Shown piece after piece: positions 19,532 through 28,953 of a stretch of 64,000 nt of DNA. Source of the stretch: Thalassobaculaceae bacterium. GTDB taxonomy: Bacteria; Pseudomonadota; Alphaproteobacteria; Thalassobaculales; Thalassobaculaceae. Numbering within the stretch: position 1 is the stretch's first letter; each line of letters begins with the position of its first letter. Made by a program: the position numbers and the translations under genes. The stretch lies in the NCBI GenBank assembly GCA_965228875.1, contig OZ245843.1, positions 2,710,616 to 2,774,615 of the forward strand, read 5' to 3'. Under the pieces are notes generated by a model. That model made no database searches and had not been told where the DNA came from. It saw nothing but the letters and a program-made list of their open reading frames with translations.

Positions 19532-20698
19532 ATGACCGCTTGCATCGTCGGATGGTCCCATCTGCCCTTCGGAAAGCGCCCGGAGGACGACGCCGAGAGC
19601 ATGATCGTCCAGGTCGCCACCGCCGCCCTGGAAGACGCCGGGCTGACCCCGGACGAGATCGACGCGGTCTATCTCGGCCATTTCAACGGCGGCTTCGAGA
19701 AGCAGGACTTCACCGCCAGCCTCGTGTTCCAGGCCGACGACCGGTTCCGCTTCAAGCCGGCGACCCGGGTCGAGAACGCCTGCGCCACCGGTTCGGCGGC
19801 CGTACATCAGGGCATCAACCTGATCGAGGCGAAGAAGGCCAGGCGCGTGCTGGTGGTCGGCGTCGAGAAGATGACCGCGCTGGGCGGCAAGGAGATCGGC
19901 GACACCCTGCTCAAGGCCAGCTACCTCAAGGAGGAGGCCGGCATCGATGGCGGCTTCGCCGGCGTATTCGCGCAGATCGCCCAGGCCTATTTCCAGCGCC
20001 ACGGCGATAACATGGACGCGCTCGCCCGCATCGCCGCCAAGAACCACAGGAACGGCGTGGCCAACCCCTACGCCCAGATGCGCAAGGATCTCGGCTACGA
20101 GTTCTGCCGGACCGAGAGCGAGAAGAACCCGTATGTCGCCGGCCCGCTGAAGCGCACCGACTGCTCGCTGGTCTCCGACGGGGCTGCCGCCATCGTGCTG
20201 ACCGATGTCGACACCGCGCTGACCATGGACAAGGCGGTGATCTTCCGCGCCGCCCAGCAGGCCAGCGACTTCCTGCCGATGTCAAAGCGCGACATCCTGA
20301 AGTTCGAGGGTTGTTCGGTCGCCTGGAAGCAGGCGCTGGCCCAGGCTGGCGTGAGCCTCGACGACCTCTCCCTGGTCGAGACCCATGACTGCTTCACCAT
20401 CGCCGAACTGATCGAGTACGAGGCCATGGGCCTCACGCCGGAAGGCCAGGGCAAGCGCGCCATCCTGGAGGGCTGGACCGAAAAGGACGGCAGGCTGCCG
20501 GTCAACCCGTCGGGCGGCCTCAAGTCCAAGGGCCACCCGATCGGCGCCACCGGCGTGTCGATGCATATCATGGCGTCGATGCAGGTGCGCGGCGAGGCCG
20601 GGGACATGCAGGTCAAGGACGCCAATCTGGCCGGCATCTTCAACATGGGCGGCGCCGCGGTCGCCAACTTCGTCTCGATCCTCGAGCCTTTGCGCTGA
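19532..20698 (+). CDS. Thiolase (acetyl-CoA acetyltransferase, SCP-x type)
   Basis: VENACATGS, DCSLVSDGAAA, ETHDCF, NPSGGLKSKGHPIGATG. Confidence 0.92.
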   Translation: MTACIVGWSHLPFGKRPEDDAESMIVQVATAALEDAGLTPDEIDAVYLGHFNGGFEKQDFTASLVFQADDRFRFKPATRVENACATGSAAVHQGINLIEAKKARRVLVVGVEKMTALGGKEIGDTLLKASYLKEEAGIDGGFAGVFAQIAQAYFQRHGDNMDALARIAAKNHRNGVANPYAQMRKDLGYEFCRTESEKNPYVAGPLKRTDCSLVSDGAAAIVLTDVDTALTMDKAVIFRAAQQASDFLPMSKRDILKFEGCSVAWKQALAQAGVSLDDLSLVETHDCFTIAELIEYEAMGLTPEGQGKRAILEGWTEKDGRLPVNPSGGLKSKGHPIGATGVSMHIMASMQVRGEAGDMQVKDANLAGIFNMGGAAVANFVSILEPLR

Positions 20699-21240
20699 TG
20701 ACGGCGTTCGGTCGGGTCGAGGGGTACCGCATCCGCCAGGCCCGGCCGGACGAACTGCCCCTGCTGCCCGCCATAGAAACGGCGGCCGCGGAGCTGTTCC
20801 GCCAGTCGGCCTATCCCTGGATCGCCGACGAGCCGAACGGCATGGACATGGCCCTATTCGAGCGCTGTCAGGACACCTGGTGCCTGTGGGTGGCGACGGA
20901 CGGGGCCAGCCTGCCGGTCGGCTTCGCCGCCTTCGCCCCGGAGGAGGGCCAGATCTGGCTCGGCGAGCTGTCGGTGCATCCGGACCACCACGGCCACCGG
21001 ATCGGCGCGGCGATGATCGACAAGTCCGCTGGCTTCTACGGTGGGCGCGGTCTGCACCGGATGACGCTCACCACCTTCCGCGACGTGCCGTGGAACGGGC
21101 CGTACTACGGGCGGCTCGGCTTTTCGGAGGTCGACGACCTCAGCGCCGAGCCGTTCCTGGCGGCGCAGATCGAGAAGGAAGAGGCCTGGGGCCTGCCCAA
21201 GGGCTCCCGCGTGGCGATGCAGCGACCACTCACGGCGTGA
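20698..21240 (+). CDS. GNAT family N-acetyltransferase
   Basis: ELSVHPDHHGHRIG motif A, LTTFRDVPWNGPYY.RLGF; TGATG coupling to the thiolase. Confidence 0.9.
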   Translation: MTAFGRVEGYRIRQARPDELPLLPAIETAAAELFRQSAYPWIADEPNGMDMALFERCQDTWCLWVATDGASLPVGFAAFAPEEGQIWLGELSVHPDHHGHRIGAAMIDKSAGFYGGRGLHRMTLTTFRDVPWNGPYYGRLGFSEVDDLSAEPFLAAQIEKEEAWGLPKGSRVAMQRPLTA

Positions 21241-21297
21241 CGGGTCGCCCACGGCCCGCCCCGCGTCGCGATGCCGCTGGTGCCGGGTAAGAAAGGA

Positions 21298-22983
21298 TCA
21301 GGGTGAGAGGAGGAGGTCGGCGGCGGCCTCGTCGCCAGTCTCCGTCGCCAGCGGGTCGCGTGGCGTGAGTTTGTGGCGGATCACCAGTTCCGCGAGCGCC
21401 GTCCGCTTCTCTTCCCCGAGCAGCGCCCCCTCCGTCGCCAGCAGGCAGGCCGAGGTAGCGTGGTAAAGGCCGGAGGCGACGGTGCGGGCGCGCGCGTCGT
21501 CCCCGACTTCCGCCGCCCTGCCGACCGCCGCCACTGCCCGGACCAGCAATCCGTCGAGTCGGGACCGCAGCCCGTCTTCCACGCCCGCCTCTTCCATGCG
21601 CCGCGACAGGGCGGTGCCAAGCGCCGTATGCGCCGCCTCCTTGCGCGCCGCCCGCAGCACGTCGAGGGCGACGATGTTGCTTGTCCCCTCCCAGATCGAG
21701 CCGAGATGGCTGTCGCGCACCAGGCGCGGCTCGACCCACTCCTCGATGTAACCGACGCCGCCGCGCGCCTCCATGGCGTCGCCCGTGACCTTGCGGGCGT
21801 CGCGGCAGACCCGGAACTTGACCAGCGGGGTGAGGATGCGGCGCAGCGCCCGGCCCTCGTCCTCGCCGGCGTCCGCCCGCGCCAGCGCGTCGGCGGTGAA
21901 CATCGTCACCGACAGGGCCTGCTCCGCCCGTACCATCAGTTTCAACAGTTGTCGCCGCTGCAGCGGCAGGTCGATCAGCCGGCGCCCGAAGGCCTCGCGT
22001 CCCCGCGCGACGGTCAACGCCTCGCGCAGGGCCCGGCGCATGATCCCGGCCGAGCGCACGGCGTTGGACAGCCGGGACTGATTGATCATCTCCGCCATCT
22101 GCACGAAGCCCTGGCCCGGCTCGCCGATCATCCAGGCCGCCGCCCCCTCAAGCACAATCTCGCCGGAGGCCATGGAGCGGGTGCCGAGCTTGTCCTTCAG
22201 CCGGACGATCCGGTAGCGGTTGCGCTCTCCGTCCAGCAGCACCTTCGGCAGCAGGAACAGCGACACGCCCCTGATCCCCGCCGGCGCGCCGTCCGGTCGC
22301 GCCAGCACCAGGGCGAGCCCGGCATCGGTGTTGGAGCAGAACCACTTGTCACCGGAGAGCCGCCACATGTCGCCATCCCGGCGCGCCGTCGTCACCGTGG
22401 CGGCGACGTCCGAGCCGGCGGCCTTCTCGGTCATGAACATCGCACCCTGGATCTGATCCTCCAACCGCGCGGCGGTCAGCCCCGGCAGATAGCGGGCGAC
22501 CAGCTCCGGATCGGCGAAACGACGGATGGTCCGGGTCAGCGCATCGGTCATGCTAATCGGACAGAGCAGGCCGAACTCCGCCTCGGCGAACAGGTACTGA
22601 AGCGCGTACTTGGCGGCATGCGGTACCGGCCTGTCGAGACCCAGCGCCGGACGGTGCGACAGGGCGGCGAAGGCGAACTCCTCGAACCCGATGCGCTCCA
22701 TCTCGACATAGGCCGGGTGCTTGTCGATCGACTGGACATCCCGGCCCTGACGGTCGCGATGACGCAGCATCGGCGGATTGCGGTCGGCCTCATGGGCCAG
22801 ATCGTCAAGCCTGCTGTGGACCAGCGCGCCCAGGCGCCGGAACGCCGGGGTCAACGCCTCCAGGTCGGCGGACGCCAGGTACAGCCCCAGCAGAGCCCGC
22901 AGCGCGGTATCCTCCTCAAAGGCGTTAAGCCCGCGCGTCTCCGGCTGCGCGCGATCGGACGGCCCGGCAGCGGTCAGATCCAT
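21298..22983 (-). CDS. Acyl-CoA dehydrogenase (AidB-like)
   Basis: CPISMT, MFMTEKAAGSDV, GDKWFCS, RLKDKLGTRSMASGE, GGVGYIEE, SIWEGTSNI; ATG 22983 with GGAGGAG RBS. Confidence 0.9.
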   Translation of the reverse strand: MDLTAAGPSDRAQPETRGLNAFEEDTALRALLGLYLASADLEALTPAFRRLGALVHSRLDDLAHEADRNPPMLRHRDRQGRDVQSIDKHPAYVEMERIGFEEFAFAALSHRPALGLDRPVPHAAKYALQYLFAEAEFGLLCPISMTDALTRTIRRFADPELVARYLPGLTAARLEDQIQGAMFMTEKAAGSDVAATVTTARRDGDMWRLSGDKWFCSNTDAGLALVLARPDGAPAGIRGVSLFLLPKVLLDGERNRYRIVRLKDKLGTRSMASGEIVLEGAAAWMIGEPGQGFVQMAEMINQSRLSNAVRSAGIMRRALREALTVARGREAFGRRLIDLPLQRRQLLKLMVRAEQALSVTMFTADALARADAGEDEGRALRRILTPLVKFRVCRDARKVTGDAMEARGGVGYIEEWVEPRLVRDSHLGSIWEGTSNIVALDVLRAARKEAAHTALGTALSRRMEEAGVEDGLRSRLDGLLVRAVAAVGRAAEVGDDARARTVASGLYHATSACLLATEGALLGEEKRTALAELVIRHKLTPRDPLATETGDEAAADLLLSP

Positions 22984-23114
22984 GGTCTCCTCCGAAATGC
23001 TCCCCTTCGCCGATGCCGGCAAGTCTGGCAGTCGACCTGCACTGCCGCAACGCGACGTGCGATGACCGGCCGGTCGACCCTTGGGTCGAGACGGTTGCCG
23101 GAGCATGCACACCC

Positions 23115-23143
23115 ATTGAGAGTTTCTGCGAATCGCTCTCAAT
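23115..23143. promoter_or_regulatory. Fur-like palindromic operator
   Basis: ATTGAGAG-N13-CTCTCAAT perfect arms enclosing the 7-1-7 dyad TGCGAAT-C-GCTCTCA (23127-23141), about 90 bp upstream of the TBDR operon. Confidence 0.5.
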
Positions 23144-23174
23144 AATGTTTGAAGCGAAATCGATCTTCCGGCGT

Positions 23175-23189
23175 TTTACTAAATGTTAA
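23175..23189. promoter_or_regulatory. CtrA-like box TTTA-N7-TTAA
   Basis: TTTA CTAAATG TTAA about 45 bp upstream of ATG 23234. Confidence 0.35.
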
Positions 23190-23233
23190 ATCCCTTCTTC
23201 CTAGTTTCCGCCGCGATTTAGGAGGACAGCGCG

Positions 23234-23758
23234 ATGCGGAAACTGCTCATTAAACTCGCGGCCCTGATGACGGTGTTTCCGACCGTTGCGGGTGCCGATG
23301 TCTCGGAACGCGACATTCAGGTCGCGGCGCGGACCTTCGGGTTCGTCAGTGGAATACCTTCGGGCGACGTCGTGGTGGCGATCGTCCACGACCCGGCCGT
23401 CGGCCCGTCGAAAGCGGAAGCCGATCAGCTCGCAGGGATCATCGGCGGCGGGCTCAAGGTGGCCAAGCACACCCTGAAATCCAAGCTCGTCCCGGTCTCC
23501 GCCCTGGATCTGTCCGGCACGAACGTCGCCTTCGTGACGTCCGGGCTCGGCGGACAGCAGGCGGCGACCTTCTCGGCAGCCTCGGCAGCCAAGGTGATGA
23601 CGGTGACCACCGACTTCGCCTGCGTCGATGCCAAGCAGTGCGTGATGGGTGTGGCCGCCGAGCCGTCCGTCAAAATTCAGATCAGCCGTTCAGCGGCCGA
23701 CGCCACCGGTCTCGAGTTCTCTCAGGCCCTCAAACTGATGGTCTCAGAGAGCGACTGA
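23234..23758 (+). CDS. YfiR/HmsC-like (DUF4154-like) periplasmic protein
   Basis: Signal peptide; C-terminus MTVT.D..C...C.MGV....VKIQISRSAA...GLEFS.AL resembles the YfiR tail; AGGAGG RBS. Confidence 0.65.
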   Translation: MRKLLIKLAALMTVFPTVAGADVSERDIQVAARTFGFVSGIPSGDVVVAIVHDPAVGPSKAEADQLAGIIGGGLKVAKHTLKSKLVPVSALDLSGTNVAFVTSGLGGQQAATFSAASAAKVMTVTTDFACVDAKQCVMGVAAEPSVKIQISRSAADATGLEFSQALKLMVSESD

Positions 23759-23795
23759 ACGTCGCCGACCGACCTGTCTCAAGAAGGACCCCGCC

Positions 23796-25685
23796 ATGTT
23801 CAGGACCACCAAGACCCTCGTCCTCGCCGCGCTGCTCTCGGGTACGGCGCTTGCCGGCGCGCAGGCCAAGGACATCGATTACAACGCCTTCGGCGCCCTG
23901 TTCGGAGAGCCGGTCACAACCGGCGCCACCGGCGTGCCGCAGCGCGCCTCGGACGTTCCGCTCAACATGACCATCCTGTCGGCCGACGACATCCGCCGCT
24001 CGGCCGCCCGCACGATCCCCGACCTGCTCCGTCAGGTGCCCGGCGTGAACGTGCGCCAGAACTCCCATGGCCACTACGATGTCGGGATTCGCGGCTATAA
24101 TCAGGCTTATAACGAGCGCCTGCTGGTCCTGCTGGACGGCCGTCCGGTCTACCAGGATTTCTACGGCTTCGTGGCCTGGAACGCGATTCCGGTCTCCCTG
24201 AACGAGATCAAGCAGATCGAGGTCATCAAGGGTCCGAACACCGCGCTCTACGGCTTCAACGCCACCTCGGGCGTGATCAACATCATCACCTACAACCCGC
24301 GCTTCGACGACTACTCGAACGTGACGGTCTCCGGTGGTACCGACGAATACTTCGAGGGCAACGGCACGGCCACGCTGCGGAATGAGAAGGGTGGCGTGCG
24401 GGTCGCGGTCTCCGGTTACGGCGCGGAGAACTTCGACACGTCGACCCCGACCGGCATCGCCGTGCCGGAGAGCACCAACAACTACAACCGGTTCTACAAG
24501 GTCAAGGGCGGCTACGAGATCTACGACGGCGTCGACATCAACGTCGAGCTCTCCGACGTCGCGGCCGGAACCCCGGAACTCCTGGCGACCAACCAGTTCA
24601 GCGACAACGACTACCGCACGAAGTCGGCGAAGTTCAATCTCGGCGCCGAGACCGATCTCGGTACGTGGGACCTGCTCTACTACAACACCCACACCGAAGC
24701 AGAGATCGACATCGGCACCTTCCAGTCCGACTTCAAGGACGAGGTTCAGGTCGCGCAGCTCAGCAACATCTTCAAGCTGGGCAACGATCACACCTTCCGC
24801 CTGCAGGCCGAGTACCGCGACGCCAGCGGCAACGGCCCGGTGTTCACCAACACGATCAACCACGAGGTCATCACCGGCAGCGGCCTGTGGAGCTGGGCGA
24901 TCAACGATCAGTTCACCCTGTCCAACGCCGTGCGCTACGACATGCTGTCGATGGACCAGGACGGCGGCGACCCGAGCTTCGACCGCGATCTGGACGCGCT
25001 GAGCATCAACTCCGGCCTCGTCTACAAGCCGACCGATGTCGACACCATCCGCCTGACCTTCGCGCGGGCCGTCGACCTGCCGAGCTTCGCCGAATTCAGC
25101 TCCGCCCCGTCGAGCGACATCTCCACGGTCCACAACTACGGCATCGACTACAACCACGTGTTCACCGACCTGAACACCACGTTCGGCGCCAGTGTCTACT
25201 ATCAAGACATCAAGGACATGCAGGACTTCTCCACCTTCCCGACGACGACCACCAACCAGGTGGACTCGGAGGCGATCGGCGGCGAACTCTCGCTGGACGG
25301 CACCATCGCCGGCGGCTGGCGCTGGGGCGTGGGCTATGGCTACGTGACCACCGAGGACTCGAGCAACGCCGCGCGGGGAACCCTGGTGGCAGCGACCTAC
25401 GAGGACGCCCAGTCCGAGCATATCGTCACCGGCAACCTCGGCTACGCCCAGGATGACTGGTCGGTCGACGTCTACACCAACTACATGAGCGGTTTCGACG
25501 CGACCAACTTTGCCGGAACCGACATCGACGGTGTCCTGCTCGGCAGTCTGAAGGTCAATTACCGGCCGATGGAGAACCTGAACCTGTCCCTGACCGGCTT
25601 CGCCACGCTGAACGGCGACAAGGCACAGAACCTGGGCCAGGAGGTCGAGGACTCCATCTTCGCCAGCGTGTCCTTCACGTTCTGA
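23796..25685 (+). CDS. TonB-dependent outer-membrane receptor
   Basis: Signal peptide, plug ([42 protein letters not shown]), beta-barrel strand pattern, C-terminal Phe. Confidence 0.92.
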   Translation: MFRTTKTLVLAALLSGTALAGAQAKDIDYNAFGALFGEPVTTGATGVPQRASDVPLNMTILSADDIRRSAARTIPDLLRQVPGVNVRQNSHGHYDVGIRGYNQAYNERLLVLLDGRPVYQDFYGFVAWNAIPVSLNEIKQIEVIKGPNTALYGFNATSGVINIITYNPRFDDYSNVTVSGGTDEYFEGNGTATLRNEKGGVRVAVSGYGAENFDTSTPTGIAVPESTNNYNRFYKVKGGYEIYDGVDINVELSDVAAGTPELLATNQFSDNDYRTKSAKFNLGAETDLGTWDLLYYNTHTEAEIDIGTFQSDFKDEVQVAQLSNIFKLGNDHTFRLQAEYRDASGNGPVFTNTINHEVITGSGLWSWAINDQFTLSNAVRYDMLSMDQDGGDPSFDRDLDALSINSGLVYKPTDVDTIRLTFARAVDLPSFAEFSSAPSSDISTVHNYGIDYNHVFTDLNTTFGASVYYQDIKDMQDFSTFPTTTTNQVDSEAIGGELSLDGTIAGGWRWGVGYGYVTTEDSSNAARGTLVAATYEDAQSEHIVTGNLGYAQDDWSVDVYTNYMSGFDATNFAGTDIDGVLLGSLKVNYRPMENLNLSLTGFATLNGDKAQNLGQEVEDSIFASVSFTF

Positions 25686-25698
25686 GCCATCTCCAGTT

Positions 25699-25730
25699 CC
25701 GCACGGCCGGCTCCGATCCCGGCCGTGCGG
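25699..25730 (+). other. Intercistronic GC-rich hairpin between the TBDR and MCP genes
   Basis: CCGCACGGCCGG / CCGGCCGTGCGG 12-bp perfect stem, no U tract. Confidence 0.55.
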
Positions 25731-25761
25731 CTTCCGTGACCACGAACCCGAGGACCGCGCT

Positions 25762-27462
25762 GTGACCAACTGGCTCGCCAATATCCCGTTCTCCCTGAAG
25801 ACGCTCGCGTCGCCGGTCATCGCGCTCGGTGCAATCGCCTTCGTGTGCTTCAGCGGCGTGACCAACCTGCGCGAACAGGTCGACCAGACACAGACGCTCC
25901 TCGAACAGGAAATCGAACCCGCCTTCGTGCTGTCGAGCGTGGTCCGCGATCTCCTGAGCGTGAACGACCAGCTCTTTGCGATGGCCTCCCTGGTTGCCGC
26001 CGAGACCTATGACGGCGACGTCGCGACCACCGCGGGCGAACTGCAGGGAACGGTCGCGGCCCTCACCGCGCAGCTTCAGAACTATGCCGACACCCAGGCC
26101 GACGAGTCGCAGCAGGCCCGGCTGAACGACGCGCTCACCGCACTGCAAACCTACAACGAGACCATCGAACTCTTCGCGGTGATGCTGGAGCTCGACTTCA
26201 AGGCGGCGGCCGGAACGATCCAGGCATTCCGGGCCAACTACACACAGGTCCGCGACGCCGTGAGCAGCCTGGCCGAGGAGGCGATGGCCCAGGCCCGGGA
26301 CCGCGCCGAGCGGTCGGCCCGCGCCGCCGAGTCGGCCGAGCAGACGTTCCTGATCAACGCCGTGCTCGCGGCCGCCCTGCTCCTCATCCTCGCGGCGCTG
26401 GTCGCCTACGAGACCGTCACCTCCATCCGGCGGATCGCCGCACGGACCCTGGAACTGGCGAACAACAACCTGGATATCGACATCGACGGCCTGAAGCGCC
26501 GCGACGAACTCGGCCGGATCGTCGAGTCGCTCATCTCCTTCCGCACCAATATCGAGCGCGTCGGCACCCTGCAGGAAGAGCAGAAGGCGGCCGAGAAGCG
26601 GTCCGAGGCGGAGAAGACCGCGCTGATGTCGCGCCTGGCGGACGAGTTCGAGCGCGACGTGAAGGCGGTCGTGAACACCGTTTCCACCACGGCGGTGAGC
26701 CTGTCGGAAACCATGTCCTCGGTCTCGCAGTCGGTCTCCCGGTCGTCGGAGGTCGCCAGCGACGCGTCGTCGTCGGCCGCCCAGACGACGCAGAACGTGC
26801 AGTCCGTCGCCACCGCCGGCGAGCAGCTTTCGGCGTCGATCAACGAGATCGCCCAGCAGGTCGCGCAGTCCCAGCGCCTGGTCGACGACTCGGTCGAGCG
26901 GACCGTCAACGCCGACCAGCACGCCGTGTCCCTCACCGTCGCCACCGGCAAGGTCCGGGAGGTGATCGAGCTCATCCTGAACATCTCGAGCCAGATCAAC
27001 CTGCTGGCGCTCAACGCCACGATCGAGGCGGCGCGCGCCGGCGAGGCGGGCAAGGGCTTCACGGTCGTGGCCAGCGAGGTGAAGAACCTCGCCAACCAGA
27101 CCCAGCAGTCGGTCGAGGCCGTCACAACCGTTGTCGAGGAGATGGACACCGTCTCCCAGCACATCGTCTCCTCGCTGCGGGCGATCCGCGAGTCGGTGGA
27201 CAACATCTCGGAATCCTCGCAGGTGGTCGCCTCGGCGATCGAGGAACAGCGCACGACGACCAACGAGATCGCACTCAATATGAACACGGCGGCGACCGGT
27301 TCGCAGGCGATTTCCGACGGTCTCGACGAGGTGAGCCGCTCGTCCCAGGACGCCCAGGGCGGCGTCGACCGCATGATGGGCGAGTTCACCGGCCTGCAGG
27401 ACTGCTCGCGAACCCTCGACACCGCGGTTTCCGGCTTCATCAGCAGGATCCGCGCGGCCTAA
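25762..27462 (+). CDS. Methyl-accepting chemotaxis protein
   Basis: TM1, about 160-aa helical periplasmic domain, TM2, HAMP (RRDELG), [30 protein letters not shown]. Confidence 0.95.
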   Translation: MTNWLANIPFSLKTLASPVIALGAIAFVCFSGVTNLREQVDQTQTLLEQEIEPAFVLSSVVRDLLSVNDQLFAMASLVAAETYDGDVATTAGELQGTVAALTAQLQNYADTQADESQQARLNDALTALQTYNETIELFAVMLELDFKAAAGTIQAFRANYTQVRDAVSSLAEEAMAQARDRAERSARAAESAEQTFLINAVLAAALLLILAALVAYETVTSIRRIAARTLELANNNLDIDIDGLKRRDELGRIVESLISFRTNIERVGTLQEEQKAAEKRSEAEKTALMSRLADEFERDVKAVVNTVSTTAVSLSETMSSVSQSVSRSSEVASDASSSAAQTTQNVQSVATAGEQLSASINEIAQQVAQSQRLVDDSVERTVNADQHAVSLTVATGKVREVIELILNISSQINLLALNATIEAARAGEAGKGFTVVASEVKNLANQTQQSVEAVTTVVEEMDTVSQHIVSSLRAIRESVDNISESSQVVASAIEEQRTTTNEIALNMNTAATGSQAISDGLDEVSRSSQDAQGGVDRMMGEFTGLQDCSRTLDTAVSGFISRIRAA

Positions 27463-27582
27463 ATCCCGCCTGCTGAATCGCGCCTGCCCGTCGCGGGATC
27501 GCGCCGCGACGTTGCGTCGTCCGCCCCGTCTTGCCAGTCTTCACTCGGACCCGGCACAGACACCAGAGGGGCGGACTTCGCC

Positions 27583-28599
27583 ATGACCGAGACATTCAAG
27601 GCCTATCTGCTGCGCGAGGGCGACGACCGCAAGGTCACCGGCGCCTTCGAGGACGTCCCCGTCAGCGACCTTCCCGCCCCGTCGCCTGATGGCGCCGACG
27701 TCACCGTCCGCGTGGCCTACACCACCGTCAACTACAAGGACGGCATGGTGATGAACGGGATCGGCCGGCTGGTGCGCGCCTATCCGCACGTGCCGGGCGT
27801 CGACTTCTCGGGCGTCGTCGAGGCTTCCGACAATCCCGGCTTCGCTCCCGGCGACAGGGTGGTGCTGACCGGCTGGCGCGTCGGCGAGACGCACTGGGGC
27901 GGCTACGGCGAGTTGGCGCGCGTCAAGGGCGACTGGCTGGTCAGGCTGCCGGACGGGCTCTCGCTGTCGCGGGCCATGGCGCTCGGCACCGCCGGGTTCA
28001 CCGCCGGCCTCGCCGTCGACACGTTGGAAAACGCCGGCATGGATCCGTCGAAGGGCGACGTGCTGGTCACCGGAGCGGCAGGCGGCGTCGGCAGCGTCGC
28101 CGTCGCCCTGCTCGCCGCCAGGGGCTACAGCGTCGCCGCCGCCACCGGCCGGACGGAGACCCACGACTACCTGAAGGGCCTTGGCGCGGCGACACTGATC
28201 GATCGTGCGGATCTGGCCGAACAGCCGGGCCGGCCGCTGAACAAGGAGCGGTTCCAGGCGGCGATCGACAATGTCGGCGGATCCACGCTGGCCAACCTCC
28301 TGACCCAGCTCGCCTACGGCGGCTCGGTGGCGGCGGTCGGGCTCGCCGGCGGCAACGAGGTGACGACCACGGTCCTGCCGTTCCTGCTGCGCGGCGTGAA
28401 CCTGCTCGGCATCGACAGCGTGATGTGCCCTGCCGAACGTCGCGCCAAGGTCTGGGCGATGATCGCCGCCACCCTGGCGATGGAGAAGCTCGACGCCATC
28501 AGCCACAGCCACGGCTTCGACGAGTTGCCGGCACTCGGCAAGGCGATCCTCAAGGGCGAGGTCCGCGGCCGCGCGGTGGTGACGGTCGGCGGGGAGTGA
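27583..28599 (+). CDS. acuI: YhdH/AcuI-like MDR oxidoreductase (acryloyl-CoA reductase family)
   Basis: VNYKDG, VPGVDFSG, GETHWGG, GTAGFTA, VTGAAGGVGS, PFLLRGVNLLGIDSV. Confidence 0.85.
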   Translation: MTETFKAYLLREGDDRKVTGAFEDVPVSDLPAPSPDGADVTVRVAYTTVNYKDGMVMNGIGRLVRAYPHVPGVDFSGVVEASDNPGFAPGDRVVLTGWRVGETHWGGYGELARVKGDWLVRLPDGLSLSRAMALGTAGFTAGLAVDTLENAGMDPSKGDVLVTGAAGGVGSVAVALLAARGYSVAAATGRTETHDYLKGLGAATLIDRADLAEQPGRPLNKERFQAAIDNVGGSTLANLLTQLAYGGSVAAVGLAGGNEVTTTVLPFLLRGVNLLGIDSVMCPAERRAKVWAMIAATLAMEKLDAISHSHGFDELPALGKAILKGEVRGRAVVTVGGE

Positions 28600-28672
28600 G
28601 CGGGCGACGTTCAGTACGGACGGCGACGAATTCGCTAGACTGAGGCAAGTTCAAACGCTCCAGGAGACCGCC

Positions 28673-28936
28673 ATGCGCCGCCTCGCCACCGCTCTCGCCC
28701 TCGGTGCCACCCTGATGCTGGCGGCCTGTTTCCAGGACACCAAGGGGGAGATCGTGAAGAAGGCCGAGGGCGCCTCCACGGTCGAGGACCTCAGAACGGC
28801 GCTGGGCGAGCCGGACGAGTTGAACAAGGCCGGGCCGATCGAGGAGTGGATCTACGACGCCAGCGACGGCACCGTCCGCTTCCCGATCATCGCCGGCAAG
28901 GTCGGCCCGATGGTGACCGGCCCTAAGCGGGAGTGA
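28673..28936 (+). CDS. Small lipoprotein
   Basis: Lipobox LAAC; LGEPD...EEWIY pattern recalls SmpA/BamE-like small domains; AGGAGA RBS. Confidence 0.75.
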   Translation: MRRLATALALGATLMLAACFQDTKGEIVKKAEGASTVEDLRTALGEPDELNKAGPIEEWIYDASDGTVRFPIIAGKVGPMVTGPKRE

Positions 28937-28953
28937 CGTCCGCCGTCCTCGCT

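Noticed and set aside
22984..23233. Possible cobalamin riboswitch upstream of the TBDR operon
   Set aside because: Only a partial CCGCAAC match; no B12 box or GGGAA/GCCACTG arrangement is visible
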